Shown here in pieces: positions 9,967 to 19,655 of a DNA stretch of 64,000 bases. Position numbers and translations under genes: made by a program. The notes beneath the pieces are model-generated. The model searched no databases. It was not told the origin of the DNA and was given only the letters and a program-made list of their open reading frames with translations. The DNA comes from Candidatus Hydrogenedentota bacterium (lineage in GTDB: Bacteria > Hydrogenedentota > Hydrogenedentia > Hydrogenedentales > CAITNO01). The stretch lies in the NCBI GenBank assembly GCA_029776995.1, contig JAKOTZ010000197.1, forward strand, positions 168 to 64,167. The letters are read 5' to 3'. Position 1 is the first letter of the stretch, and the number at the start of each line of letters is the position of its first letter.

Positions 9967-11361
9967 TCAGGGTTTCGGCAGCTGAACCCGCAGGTGCATG
10001 CTTTTCAGGCGGCTCAGCTGCAGCAGGCCGTACCGGGACAGGGTGGCGCCGCGCCCGGTATCTTTCACGCCGGTCCAGGGAAGCGCGGGATCCAGATAAT
10101 CACACCGGTTCATGTAGAAAGTGCCGGTTTCAATGCGTTCGCCGATGCGCCGGGCCCGGTCCGGGTCCATCGTCCAGATGGAGGCCGTCAGCCCGTACGG
10201 GCTGTCGTTCATCAGGCGAACGGCTTCCTCGTCGTCGCGGACCGGCAGAATACCGATTACGGGACCAAAACTTTCTTCCCGCATCAGGGAGCAGTCCTGG
10301 GGCGCGTCCGCCACCACGGCCGGGGCATAAAACCACCCCTGCCCGGGTATCTCGAACGACGCGGGATCGACCACCAGCCGGCCTCCGCTCGCCACGGCGT
10401 CGCGCACCTGTTCAGCCAGAAACGCGGGCTGCGACTTCGACGCCAGGGGACCAATGGTCGTTTCAGCGCTCCGGGGATCGCCCAGGCGATAGGTTCGGGT
10501 CAGTTCCGCGAAAGCCTCCACGAACCGCGGATAGATCGACTGTTCCACGTATATGCGTTCGATCGCGCAGCAGGACTGCCCGGCATTGTAGAACGAACCG
10601 TCCACGGTATTCTCCACGGTGAAGTCGAAGGGCGCGTCCGCGCACACGTATGCCGGATCTTTGCCGCCCAGTTCCAGCCCGGTGCCGATGAACCGGTCCG
10701 ACGCAGCCCGGACAATGTTGTGTCCCCCTTGCACGGATCCCGTGAAGGACACAAAATCCACCCGGGGATCGGCGATAATCCGCTCAGTCATTTCATGGTC
10801 CAGCACCAGGTCCTGGACCAGGCCTTCCGGCGCGCCTGCCCGCCGAAAAGCTTCCGTGAACGCCCGGCCGCAAAGAGGGGTTTTGCTCGAATGTTTAATC
10901 AGCACCGCGTTGCCTGCCAATACGGCCGGAACCACCACGTTCACCGCGATCAGCAGCGGATAATTCCACGCCGCGATGTCCAGCACCACGCCCAGCGGTT
11001 CATGCCGGATATACCGCACGAACCCGGGCGACTCCGGCAGGTATTCGTCCGCGAGGGTTTCCTCCGCGATTGAGACCATGTACCGCGCGCGGTCCAGCAT
11101 CGTGTTCACTTCGTTCCGCGCCTGGCGCAGCGGCTTGCCCATCTGGCCTGTGATATCTTCCGCCACCCCGTCGGCCATGGAGGAAAATTCCCGGATAAAC
11201 GCTTCGCACAGGGCTCGGCGCTCGGCGAAGGTTGACCAGCGCCAAGACTCATAAGCCCGCCTGGCCCGGTCGACTGCCTGGTCCGCCTCTTCCCAGGACA
11301 GGTAATTCATGGCCGTGTAAATGGTTTCGTCCCAGGGATTGATAACGCGCAGCTCCCGCAT
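9967..11361 (-). CDS. Aldehyde dehydrogenase family protein
   Basis: ELGGKDP and FYNAGQSCCAIERIYV catalytic-Cys motifs; 464 aa. Confidence 0.85.
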   Translation of the reverse strand: MRELRVINPWDETIYTAMNYLSWEEADQAVDRARRAYESWRWSTFAERRALCEAFIREFSSMADGVAEDITGQMGKPLRQARNEVNTMLDRARYMVSIAEETLADEYLPESPGFVRYIRHEPLGVVLDIAAWNYPLLIAVNVVVPAVLAGNAVLIKHSSKTPLCGRAFTEAFRRAGAPEGLVQDLVLDHEMTERIIADPRVDFVSFTGSVQGGHNIVRAASDRFIGTGLELGGKDPAYVCADAPFDFTVENTVDGSFYNAGQSCCAIERIYVEQSIYPRFVEAFAELTRTYRLGDPRSAETTIGPLASKSQPAFLAEQVRDAVASGGRLVVDPASFEIPGQGWFYAPAVVADAPQDCSLMREESFGPVIGILPVRDDEEAVRLMNDSPYGLTASIWTMDPDRARRIGERIETGTFYMNRCDYLDPALPWTGVKDTGRGATLSRYGLLQLSRLKSMHLRVQLPKP

Positions 11362-11461
11362 GACCTGTCACTCCTTTCGTGCGTACCAACCGCTCACGGC
11401 GGAAACGCCTGACTTCCACCGTGGTCGCGGCTCCAATGCATACTCCATTGTCAAAGGCTGA

Positions 11462-12181
11462 TCAACCGGAAGATACCCCCGGCAGATGCACCGTGAACCC
11501 TTTCCGGGGATCCAGCGTCAGCGTACCCCCAATACGTTCTGCCAGATCCCGCGCCAGAAACAGCCCTACTCCCAGCCCGGTGTTCCGGCTGGTGTTCAGG
11601 GGAAGGAATACGGTCTCAGGGTCCAGATCGGTTACCTGGGGATTCCATACTGAAATATCGAACCCGCCGCTGCCCGAGCTCAATTCCACCCGGATAATCC
11701 TGGCGCCAGCCTCGGCGTCCGCCACAGCGTCTTCCGCGTTCAGCAGCAGATAAAGGATAATCCACCGCAGTTTCGGCCCATCCACCAGGGCGGATGGGGT
11801 CGATTCCGGTAGAATCAACTCGTAAGAAATCCGGCCGTTCCGGAACGCGTAATCCCGCAGCAGGGACATTTCGCGCAGCAGCGCGCCCAGGTCCACCATG
11901 TCCTGGCTTTCCCGTTCCGGCCAGGCGATGGCGGTCAGCGCCGAAACCAGCGAGGCGCATTTTTCCGCGGCTTCCAGCACGTTGTCCAGCATCCGCTGGC
12001 CGTTTTCGGTCAGTCCCGGCTCGAGCTGGACCAACTCCGTATAGGCCAGAACGGCGCCCAGGAGATTGTTGATGTCATGGGCCACTCCGTTAACGCACCG
12101 TCCCACCTGAGCGTACCGGTACAGGGCTGCCAGCCGTCCCATACCGTCCGGAGTGTTCAGATCCACTTTTTGCTGCGTCAT
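11462..12181 (-). CDS. Cytoplasmic histidine kinase with HisKA and HATPase_c domains only and no sensor domain
   Basis: H-box (HDINNLLGAV) and G-box (GLGVGLFLARDLAERIGG); no transmembrane or PAS region. Confidence 0.75.
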   Translation of the reverse strand: MTQQKVDLNTPDGMGRLAALYRYAQVGRCVNGVAHDINNLLGAVLAYTELVQLEPGLTENGQRMLDNVLEAAEKCASLVSALTAIAWPERESQDMVDLGALLREMSLLRDYAFRNGRISYELILPESTPSALVDGPKLRWIILYLLLNAEDAVADAEAGARIIRVELSSGSGGFDISVWNPQVTDLDPETVFLPLNTSRNTGLGVGLFLARDLAERIGGTLTLDPRKGFTVHLPGVSSG

Positions 12182-12395
12182 AACCCCTGGTCTCCAGATG
12201 CGTCAGTCCGGCTATTATGCCATACCGTTACAAAATTTAAGTATTGTCATGGAAAAGAGAAATCGGCGGAAGCGCCCGGGTGGCGTCGCGTTTCTGGTGC
12301 GGAACGGGATGTATGCGGCCTTTGAAAGAAAGTGACCTGCCGGTCCGGAACCGGCAGGTCAGGGGAAAGAAAGAACACGCCTCACGTTCTACGGA

Positions 12396-13181
12396 TTAAT
12401 TACTTCCGTTTCCCTTGTTTTTAGGCGGTTTGTTCTGTTTTTTGGCGGCAGGTTTTCCGTCCGGTTTGGGCGGTTTTGGAAGTTCATCTTTGCTCAGATA
12501 TCCGTCCGCGTTCTTATCCAGCGCTTTGAAACGCTCATCCGGCATGTTGGGGAAAGCTTTTTTCGCTTCTTCCCGGGACAGCCGTTTGTCGCCGTCCTGA
12601 TCGGCCTGCCGGATACGATGGACCCACTGCTCGCGCGCGGGTTGGGCGGGTCCGGCATTTGGGGGTTGCGCGCCGCGCCACTGTGCCGCGAAGGCGGCGA
12701 ATTCATCGGGAGTAAGGGCTCCATCCGCGTTTTTATCCAGCGCCTTGAACCGTTCTTCCGTTACCCGCGGAAAAGCTTTCTTAACTTCCTCCAGTGTCAG
12801 TTTGCCGTCGTGGTCCGTGTCGGCCTGTTTCAGGCGTTGAATGGCCTGCCTTCTGATGCGTTCCCGGTCTGCGCCCGGCCGGCCGGCAGCCGGTTTGGGG
12901 CGCTCGTCCGGCGTGATGAACCCGTCGCCGTTTTTATCCAGCGCCTTGAACCGTTCTTCTGTCATATTCGGGAAAGCGGCTTTGGCCTCTTCCAGGGACA
13001 GTTTTCCGTCCTTATTGGTATCGGCCTGGGCGGCGCGTCCCTGGGGGGAGGGGGCGGGCGGTGTTGCGGGGGATGCCTGTTGCGCGGCGGCTACGCCGCA
13101 TGCGGCCAGCATCGTAATCAGAACCGCGATTCCTGTCAGGTGCTTCATCTTCATGGTCATCTCCTTTTTGGTTGTTTCCAA
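12396..13181 (-). CDS. Secreted calcium-binding protein made of three tandem EF-hand pair repeats
   Basis: Signal peptide, then three copies of roughly DTNKDGKLSLEEAKAAFPNMTEERFKALDKNGDGFITPDE, each with canonical DxDxDG EF loops. Confidence 0.8.
   Translation of the reverse strand: METTKKEMTMKMKHLTGIAVLITMLAACGVAAAQQASPATPPAPSPQGRAAQADTNKDGKLSLEEAKAAFPNMTEERFKALDKNGDGFITPDERPKPAAGRPGADRERIRRQAIQRLKQADTDHDGKLTLEEVKKAFPRVTEERFKALDKNADGALTPDEFAAFAAQWRGAQPPNAGPAQPAREQWVHRIRQADQDGDKRLSREEAKKAFPNMPDERFKALDKNADGYLSKDELPKPPKPDGKPAAKKQNKPPKNKGNGSN
12450..13040. repeat. Three tandem DNA repeats of about 210 bp that encode the EF-hand pair modules
   Basis: A near-identical stretch (gtttttatccagcgccttgaaccgttcttc) recurs around 12491, 12731 and 12941. 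Confidence 0.6.
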
Positions 13182-13256
13182 CGGGATTTCAACCTGTTAA
13201 ACACCCGGCCTGTACGGTGGTTCCCGGATGTTTTGCCCGTCCAGAATCATCCTGTT

Positions 13257-13661
13257 ATGCTTACCGGGATGGCAGTTGGAGAAGCGGACGTGGATAATCG
13301 CGTTGTTCTGGTAGGCACGGACGATGCCCAGCTGGCGGACCAGATAATGTCCGCGGCGGTGGCGGTTGGGCTCCCGGCGGAATGGGGCGCGGATGGCGTG
13401 GATGTGCTGGCCCTGGCGGAAAGCGCGGGTGAGCCTCTGGCGGTCTTTCTTGATAGCGCGTTGGGCGGCCTGAGCGCGCGGGAATGCTGCGAATCCCTCC
13501 GCAACACCGTGTCTTTCCCGAGGGACTGCCCGATTTATCTGCTCACGGACGAACCAATCCCCGCCCAGAAACTGGAAAAACTGCCTTTTACGGGTGTCTG
13601 GCCCAAAAAAACGGACAGCAACGCGCTGCGCGAACTCCTGGCGGGGCTGATGTGGAAATAA
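13257..13661 (+). CDS. Single-domain CheY-like response regulator (receiver only)
   Basis: By my alignment to CheY, the receiver landmarks are present: VLVGTDD, LAVFLDSALGG (phospho-Asp position), LLTDEP (Thr) and WPKK (Lys). Only the 3' part of ORF 12618..13661 is kept, because the rest overlaps the EF-hand gene. Confidence 0.55.
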   Translation: MLTGMAVGEADVDNRVVLVGTDDAQLADQIMSAAVAVGLPAEWGADGVDVLALAESAGEPLAVFLDSALGGLSARECCESLRNTVSFPRDCPIYLLTDEPIPAQKLEKLPFTGVWPKKTDSNALRELLAGLMWK

Positions 13662-13708
13662 AAAATGCCCGGCCGCCGAAACGGGGCCGGGCAGAAATGG
13701 CGTTCCAC

Positions 13709-14782
13709 TCAGCGGATAGGCACTTCCCGGTCTTTTGCGGATGACCGATAAATTGCGTCGATAATCTTCTGCACCATCAGCGATTCTTCGGGTTTCACCA
13801 GAACCGGCAGGTCCTGTTCCACGCAGGCGCAGAAATGGCGCACCTCCCGGCGGTGGCCGTCTTCTTTGGACAGCCAGTCCCAGGTGGTGCGGGTCAGCGA
13901 GTTATGGTCCGCGCCGAAGAGTCCGGGCGGGTTGGTGCTGATGCCGCCCTTATCCCCAAGGATAAAAACGGATTCCAGCTCTTTCTCGATATTGGCGGCC
14001 CAGGAAACGCAAAGGTTCAGGGTCAGACCGCCTTCGCAGCGGATCAGCGCCACGGCGTAGTCTTCCACGTCAAATTCCTGCGGTTTGTAGAGGATGGGCC
14101 AGTCCGCGTTGAACAGGTCTTTCCGGTCTCCGAACTTCCGGTATACCTTTCCGAAAGCCGCCACGGGTTTGGGGAAATTCATCAGCCACATGGCCAGGTC
14201 GATCACGTGCACGCCGATGTCAATCAGCGGTCCGCCAAGCGACTCGGCGGCAATGTGGAATTTACCCCATCCCGGGATGCCCCGGCGACGCATCCAACGG
14301 GCTTCGGCCGTGTAGATCTCTCCCAGCGCGCCGGACGCGGCCACTTCTTTCAGCTTTTCGGAGAGCGGATCGAATCGGAGGTACTGGGCGACCATCAGTT
14401 TCCGCCCGTTTTTCCGGGCGGCGGCGATCATGGCCTCGCATTCCCGGGCGTTCATGGCCATGGGCTTTTCCACCAGCACGTGCGCGCCGGCGCGCAGCGC
14501 GTCAATGGTTACCGGCGCGTGCAGGCGGTTCTGGGTACAGATGTCCACAATGTCAAAAGTCTTTTTTCGGAACATTTCCTTATAGTCAGAAAATACCTCT
14601 GCGGCCGGGCACGTGGCCGCTTCGGCTTCGCACCGGTCCACGAGAATATCGCACAGGCCGGTTACCTGGACCCGGCCTTCCGCTTCCAGTTCCCGCCAGT
14701 AGGGAAGATGCTGTTCCCGGGCGATGGCGCCCACGCCTACCACGCCTACCCGCAGGGGCGGTTTCTTTTTTCCTGTAGCCAT
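13709..14782 (-). CDS. Gfo/Idh/MocA family NAD(P)-dependent oxidoreductase
   Basis: N-terminal Rossmann motif VGVVGVGAIAR and an EKPMA motif. Confidence 0.8.
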   Translation of the reverse strand: MATGKKKPPLRVGVVGVGAIAREQHLPYWRELEAEGRVQVTGLCDILVDRCEAEAATCPAAEVFSDYKEMFRKKTFDIVDICTQNRLHAPVTIDALRAGAHVLVEKPMAMNARECEAMIAAARKNGRKLMVAQYLRFDPLSEKLKEVAASGALGEIYTAEARWMRRRGIPGWGKFHIAAESLGGPLIDIGVHVIDLAMWLMNFPKPVAAFGKVYRKFGDRKDLFNADWPILYKPQEFDVEDYAVALIRCEGGLTLNLCVSWAANIEKELESVFILGDKGGISTNPPGLFGADHNSLTRTTWDWLSKEDGHRREVRHFCACVEQDLPVLVKPEESLMVQKIIDAIYRSSAKDREVPIR

Positions 14783-14938
14783 ACCGATGAACCTCCGTAT
14801 TCGATTGGATTATCTCTTGACATCTGCATGGTATCACAACAGTTCCATGCGCCGGTAACCCAAAAAAGGAACCGGATGCCTGCCGGCACCCGGCCCCGAT
14901 TGCCATGCTGATCAGAAACCAGCTTCAGAACCGCTGTA

Positions 14939-15364
14939 TTATACGTCCGCGTCGCCACCGACCACGCGCCACACGCCGTCGGCCTCTTTCTTCAGAACGA
15001 ACTCAACGCTTACCGAGCCCGGCGCGCCCGACAGGTCCACCGGATAAACGGATGCCGTGCCGTCCGGGTTCATCGTGATTTCCATGGAATCCAGGTTGCA
15101 TTCGCCGTCATCGGCGTATCCGGCATCCACGGCCATCTGAAGCATTTCTTTCGCTTCGGCTTTGCCGCCCACTTCGGGGTGCTCGAACTGGTCCGACACC
15201 ACCGTCATCAGCAGGTCGATATTCTTCGACTCGAGCGCGGTCTTGATGGTCTGCATCGTTTCACGGATCAGTTCCTCGTCCGATTTCTTCTGCATGCCCG
15301 CGCAGCCGGCGACCAGGGTAAGTACCAGCGCGAAAGCCATACTCACATACATCATTTTACGCAT
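14939..15364 (-). CDS. Hypothetical lipoprotein
   Basis: Signal peptide with lipobox LVAGC; a GGAGGA Shine-Dalgarno sequence sits 7 nt upstream of ATG 15364. Confidence 0.55.
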   Translation of the reverse strand: MRKMMYVSMAFALVLTLVAGCAGMQKKSDEELIRETMQTIKTALESKNIDLLMTVVSDQFEHPEVGGKAEAKEMLQMAVDAGYADDGECNLDSMEITMNPDGTASVYPVDLSGAPGSVSVEFVLKKEADGVWRVVGGDADV

Positions 15365-15540
15365 CGTCTGTCCTCCTTTTGGGGTTTGGGTTTTTGTAGT
15401 CCTTGCCGCGCCCGGCGCAGGCAACAAGTTTATCCTGTTGACGCGATATAATGTCAAATGGTTTCAAAAATTTTTCTCCCTGGCAGAGATGCGCCGCCCG
15501 GCGCTGCGGAGGGATTCCCCATTTATTTTCGTGCTGCGGT

Positions 15541-15570
15541 TTGCATGGCCGGGGGATCTGCTGGTAGAGT
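15541..15570 (+). promoter_or_regulatory. Putative sigma70-type promoter: TTGCAT, 18-nt spacer, TAGAGT
   Basis: It lies upstream of the 15606 ORF, and a GAGGGAG Shine-Dalgarno sequence is at 15591-15597. Confidence 0.3.
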
Positions 15571-15605
15571 AATCGGCAATTACATACTGAGAGGGAGCGT
15601 GTCCC

Positions 15606-16175
15606 ATGGCACTGAGCAAAAAACAACAGCGCATTGTGGAAGAGCTGGAGCGGCGGATTGAGCTCTGCCGTGAGTTTATGAATGACTGGCTGCTGTTTAA
15701 CCAGATCATGACCTCTTACACTAGCCCAGAAGCCAACAAGGCCCAGCTCGAAAACCAGTTCCTGAAAATAAAAAGCAAACTGGCCCGGGAACACCGCGTA
15801 CTGCAGCAGGCGCTGTTGGATGATTTCCACATCGACGGTAATACCATGAATATCGTCAGCGGCGCCACCAGCCTGGAAGGCATTTATTCCCAGTCGGAGG
15901 TCGCGCTGAAAAAGCTCCAGACCGAATGGCACCGCGCCTTTATTTCGATTAATGAGACGCTGGGCATTCTTGAGGATAAAAAAGCCCGGGCGGAACGGGG
16001 CGAAAAGGTATTTCTGCCTACACAGGACATGATGGCGGGGGCTATGGGCGGCGGCGGCATGAACCAGAATACCAAGACCCTGCTGATTATAATTGCCGTC
16101 GCGGCCGCGCTGGCGTTTGCCTTCTTCTTTACTCCGCTGGGCACCATGTACAAACAGATGCTGGGCCTGCCCTGA
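15606..16175 (+). CDS. Hypothetical protein with a C-terminal transmembrane anchor
   Basis: A Met/Gly-rich linker and then a hydrophobic helix (LLIIIAVAAALAFAFFF). No family recognised. Confidence 0.5.
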   Translation: MALSKKQQRIVEELERRIELCREFMNDWLLFNQIMTSYTSPEANKAQLENQFLKIKSKLAREHRVLQQALLDDFHIDGNTMNIVSGATSLEGIYSQSEVALKKLQTEWHRAFISINETLGILEDKKARAERGEKVFLPTQDMMAGAMGGGGMNQNTKTLLIIIAVAAALAFAFFFTPLGTMYKQMLGLP

Positions 16176-16191
16176 GCGTCAGGAAACGCCT

Positions 16192-16488
16192 ATGGCGTCA
16201 CTTACCAAACGAGAACTGGTTACCGAAGTGTCGGAACGGCTCGGGTATACCCAGAGCGAAGTGTCGGACGTCCTGGATGCCATGCTGGATGGCATTATTG
16301 ACGTGCTGGCGCGGGGAGACCGGATCGAAATCCGAAATTTCGGCGTCTTTGAAACCAAATGGCATAACGCCCGGATGGGACGCAACCCCAGAACGGGGAA
16401 AAAGGTTCCCGTGGATCGAAAACGGGTGGTGCAGTTTAAACCGGGAAAAATCATCAAAGAACGGGTCAGTCGCGGTCTGGGCACGTAA
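16192..16488 (+). CDS. IHF/HU family DNA-binding protein
   Basis: LTKRELV, GDRIEIRNFGVFE and GRNPRTGKKV motifs. The start is the internal ATG at 16192 within the longer ORF. Confidence 0.85.
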   Translation: MASLTKRELVTEVSERLGYTQSEVSDVLDAMLDGIIDVLARGDRIEIRNFGVFETKWHNARMGRNPRTGKKVPVDRKRVVQFKPGKIIKERVSRGLGT

Positions 16489-16489
16489 T

Positions 16490-16511
16490 CAGTAAGGCCG
16501 GTTCAACGCCG
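16490..16511 (+). terminator. GC hairpin (ggccgg-ttcaacg-ccggcc) just after the IHF stop codon. It has no U-tract.
   Basis: A 6-bp perfect stem seen in the sequence. Confidence 0.25.
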
Positions 16512-16575
16512 GCCCGGGGGAAGTGATACTTGCCGTATCTGCCTGTCAGACCTGGTAGTTTTCGGAATCGCACGC

Positions 16576-17436
16576 ATGGTTGATTATGAAGCGCGAATGA
16601 CCTTTACCGAGCATCTGGCCGAACTGCGCATGCGCCTGATCCGTTCCCTGTTCGCGCTGGGCGTGGGCGTTATCCTGTGCTATGTGGTATCGGACCAACT
16701 GATTGTGCTGCTGGCCAGCCCGCTCGCTCCGCTCGGGGAAACAGGCATCATTTCCTCGGCCCCCTCTGAAACCCCTGCCGATGCGGCGAAACCGGAAGGC
16801 GCCTCCCCATCTCCGCCGGATACCGCGCCTGCCCAGTCAGCGCCGGTCCGCCAGGTCGAGTGGACGGTACTTAACCCGCTGGAATTCGTGATCGTCAAGT
16901 TCAAAGTGGCCGGCTACGGCGGTTTTCTCTTCGCGCTGCCGTTTGTCATTTGGCAGTTCTGCGCTTTCGTGTTTCCCGGGCTGCTGCCCCACGAAAAACG
17001 GGTAATGAAAATCCTGATTTTCGGGTGCAGTATCCTGGCGGTAGCAGGCGTATCCGTGGCTTATTTCGGCGTGTTTCCCCTGGTGCTACCCTATCTGCTG
17101 GAATGGACCCTCCCCTTCATCAAAACCCAGCTGCGGCTGAACGAAACGCTTGACATCATCATAAAGCTCATGGCCGCCTTTGCCGTGGCTTTCCAGTTTC
17201 CCATGGCCGTGCTGATTCTGGTTTACATGGACCTGCTTACCCCACAGAAACTGCGTGAATTCAGGAAATTCGCTATTGTTGGCATGGCAGTGGCTTCAGC
17301 GGCGCTGACGCCGCCGGATGTCTTTTCCATGGCCATCATGCTGACGCCATTGCTGCTGTTTTACGAAGCCAGTATAATCCTTTCATATCTCGTTGTGCGG
17401 CGGCGGAAACAGATGAATTCTTCAGGCGCCGGATAA
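16576..17436 (+). CDS. tatC: Twin-arginine translocase subunit TatC
   Basis: FTEHLAELRMRL signature and six transmembrane segments. There is a Pro/Ala-rich insertion of about 50 aa in the first periplasmic loop. Confidence 0.85.
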   Translation: MVDYEARMTFTEHLAELRMRLIRSLFALGVGVILCYVVSDQLIVLLASPLAPLGETGIISSAPSETPADAAKPEGASPSPPDTAPAQSAPVRQVEWTVLNPLEFVIVKFKVAGYGGFLFALPFVIWQFCAFVFPGLLPHEKRVMKILIFGCSILAVAGVSVAYFGVFPLVLPYLLEWTLPFIKTQLRLNETLDIIIKLMAAFAVAFQFPMAVLILVYMDLLTPQKLREFRKFAIVGMAVASAALTPPDVFSMAIMLTPLLLFYEASIILSYLVVRRRKQMNSSGAG

Positions 17437-17448
17437 GGAACCGCATCC

Positions 17449-17943
17449 GTGTTTGACATGGGTATCGGCATGGGCGAAATGCTCTTCGTGGCGGTGATCG
17501 CCCTGATTGTGCTGGGTCCGGAAAAATTTCCGGACTATGCCAAGCTTTTTATCCGGGCCAGCCGGGACCTGCGCGGATATTTCAATGAGATCAAAACGGA
17601 AATCGCCAAAGAAGTCAATCCCATCAAAAAAGAGATCGATACACTAAGCCGACAGGATCCGGAAAAGCTGATTGACGCCCTGGCGGGAACGTCCGCTTCG
17701 GATGAAGGCGAATATGGCAGGCCGCCCGCCGGTGATTCGTCCGGTTCTCCGAAGACAGACACGGATACGCAGGCGTCCGGCGTGCCCAACGGCGGCGTTA
17801 TGGAAGGGGCGGGGGCGGCCTATACCACCGAAAACCAGAATGCGCCGTCTGCGCCGCCATCCGATGCTGCGGCATCCGCCGGACAAGATGAGGACGATCC
17901 TTACGATTTTGAGAAAAATCCGCCGCCGGAACGGCTCGACTGA
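17449..17943 (+). CDS. tatA: TatA/TatB family Sec-independent translocase protein
   Basis: The N-terminus (GIGMGEMLFVAVIALIVLGPEKFP) is a transmembrane helix plus hinge typical of TatA/B. It has a long acidic tail. Confidence 0.8.
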   Translation: MFDMGIGMGEMLFVAVIALIVLGPEKFPDYAKLFIRASRDLRGYFNEIKTEIAKEVNPIKKEIDTLSRQDPEKLIDALAGTSASDEGEYGRPPAGDSSGSPKTDTDTQASGVPNGGVMEGAGAAYTTENQNAPSAPPSDAAASAGQDEDDPYDFEKNPPPERLD

Positions 17944-17954
17944 AGGATTTTCCC

Positions 17955-18959
17955 GTGGATACAACGCAATTGATGGAATACTCGGGCCTGGTCAATGGCA
18001 TTGCCAATGCTTACAGGCGTTCCCAGGTCCTGTTTGTTGCGCTGGAAGGCAACGTCTTCGGCCTGATCGCCGAAGGGCGCGATACGGCCGAGGCGGTGGC
18101 GGCGTGCGCCGGATGGTCGGTCCGGGGCGCGCGCATGCTGCTGGACGGACTCGTGGCCCTCGAACTGCTGGAGAAAGAAAACGGCAGATACCGAAACAGT
18201 CCCGCCGCTGAGGCCTGTCTGGTGCCGGGCGCTCCCGCGTGGCAGGGGGAGATTATCCGGCATACCCGCGCCAGCTGGAACGCCTGGTCCGAACTTGAAA
18301 CCTGTGTCCGCACCGGAACCTGCGCGGGCCATGGGGAAAACCGCAGGAAGGGGCAGGACCTCCGCCATTTTATCCTGGGAATGAAAAACATTGCGTCGCT
18401 CAGCGCGGCCCAGGTGCTGGATGCCGTTGACCTGAGCCGCTACCGCTGCATGCTGGACCTGGCCGGCGGTCCGGGCACCTACACCATCGCATTCCTGCAG
18501 CGTCACCCAGCCATGCGGGCCGCCCTCCTGGACCGCCCCGAAGTCATTGACATTGCCCGGGAGGAAGTCTCCGCCGCCGGCCTGGCCGACCGCATCGCCT
18601 TCATTCCCGGCGACTGTTTCACCGTGCCGTGGGAGGGACCTTACGACCTGGTATTCATGTCAAATATCATTCACAGCTTCAGCTTTGAACAGAACGCGGA
18701 ACTGGTCCGGACCGCTTTCCAGGCGCTGATGCCCGGCGGAACGCTGATCATCAAGGATTTTCTGCTCGAAAACGACCGTTCCGGTCCGCCTTACGGCCTG
18801 ATGTTCGCGCTCCAGATGCTCGTGCATACCCCTGCCGGAGATACGTATACCTTTGCGGATACCGCCGCCTGGACGGATGCGGCCGGGTTCAGGCCGGGAC
18901 GGGCCGTGCCGATTACCCCCCAGACCCGGCTCTGGATCGCGGACCGGCCGGCGGAGTAG
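17955..18959 (+). CDS. Class I SAM-dependent O-methyltransferase
   Basis: SAM motif LDLAGGPGTY and an N-terminal dimerisation/winged-helix region. Confidence 0.75.
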   Translation: MDTTQLMEYSGLVNGIANAYRRSQVLFVALEGNVFGLIAEGRDTAEAVAACAGWSVRGARMLLDGLVALELLEKENGRYRNSPAAEACLVPGAPAWQGEIIRHTRASWNAWSELETCVRTGTCAGHGENRRKGQDLRHFILGMKNIASLSAAQVLDAVDLSRYRCMLDLAGGPGTYTIAFLQRHPAMRAALLDRPEVIDIAREEVSAAGLADRIAFIPGDCFTVPWEGPYDLVFMSNIIHSFSFEQNAELVRTAFQALMPGGTLIIKDFLLENDRSGPPYGLMFALQMLVHTPAGDTYTFADTAAWTDAAGFRPGRAVPITPQTRLWIADRPAE

Positions 18960-18971
18960 GCCTGTCAGCCC

Positions 18972-19655
18972 ATGAGTTCCCGGCCGCCGGTTTTCCATGC
19001 CGTGACCGCCACGGCCCAGGAGTGGCGGCGCGTGCTGGAGCATCTGCCAATTGCCCTGCTCCCGCTCGGATCGACCTGCTTCCACGGATATCATCTCCCC
19101 TACGGCACCGATCCTTTAATAACCGCCGCCGCGGGCGAACACCTGCTGAAACGGTTCGGCGGCATGCTTTTTCCGGCGCTTCCCTTTCCGGAATCCGAAT
19201 CCGCCGCGGCCGTGGTAAACCATGCCGTCAGCGGGATGCTGGAATGCGGTTTCCGCCTGGTTATCGTTCTCGGCCCGCCCTGCCGGGACCTCGGCAGTTT
19301 CGCGTTATCCGGTATTCCGGACGGAATCCTGCCGGGAAACAGCGTCATATGCACTACGCTTTGGGAAATCCTGAAAGGCGGCGTCTGCGCGGAGCTGGGA
19401 AGCACGCTCGAGACTTCCCTGATGATGCGCCTGCATCCGTCGCTCGTAAGGCTGCCGGCGCTGGATGATCCGGCTTACGGTATCCAGGGGATTCAGGGCT
19501 CACCTCCTCAGCTGACCGCTTCTCCCCAGCAGGGAAGAATCTGGTTTGACGCCGCGCTGGATATCCTTACCGACATGGTTCATGACGCGCTCGATGGGGA
19601 ATCCGTCAAACCCGCATGGTATTATGCCCATAAACGCGGTGAAATGATTCCTTGA
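18972..19655 (+). CDS. Creatininase (creatinine amidohydrolase) family protein
   Basis: LPLGSTCFHGYHLPYGTD matches the creatininase-family metal-binding signature. Confidence 0.65.
   Translation: MSSRPPVFHAVTATAQEWRRVLEHLPIALLPLGSTCFHGYHLPYGTDPLITAAAGEHLLKRFGGMLFPALPFPESESAAAVVNHAVSGMLECGFRLVIVLGPPCRDLGSFALSGIPDGILPGNSVICTTLWEILKGGVCAELGSTLETSLMMRLHPSLVRLPALDDPAYGIQGIQGSPPQLTASPQQGRIWFDAALDILTDMVHDALDGESVKPAWYYAHKRGEMIP

Noticed and set aside
9303-11073. Two long + strand ORFs (439 aa and 487 aa)
   Set aside because: They are antisense to the aldehyde dehydrogenase and TAT-protein genes and have low-complexity composition.
12618-13256. The N-terminal 213 codons of the + strand ORF 12618..13661
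   Set aside because: It overlaps the strongly supported EF-hand gene on the opposite strand. Only the receiver-like 3' part (13257..13661) was kept.
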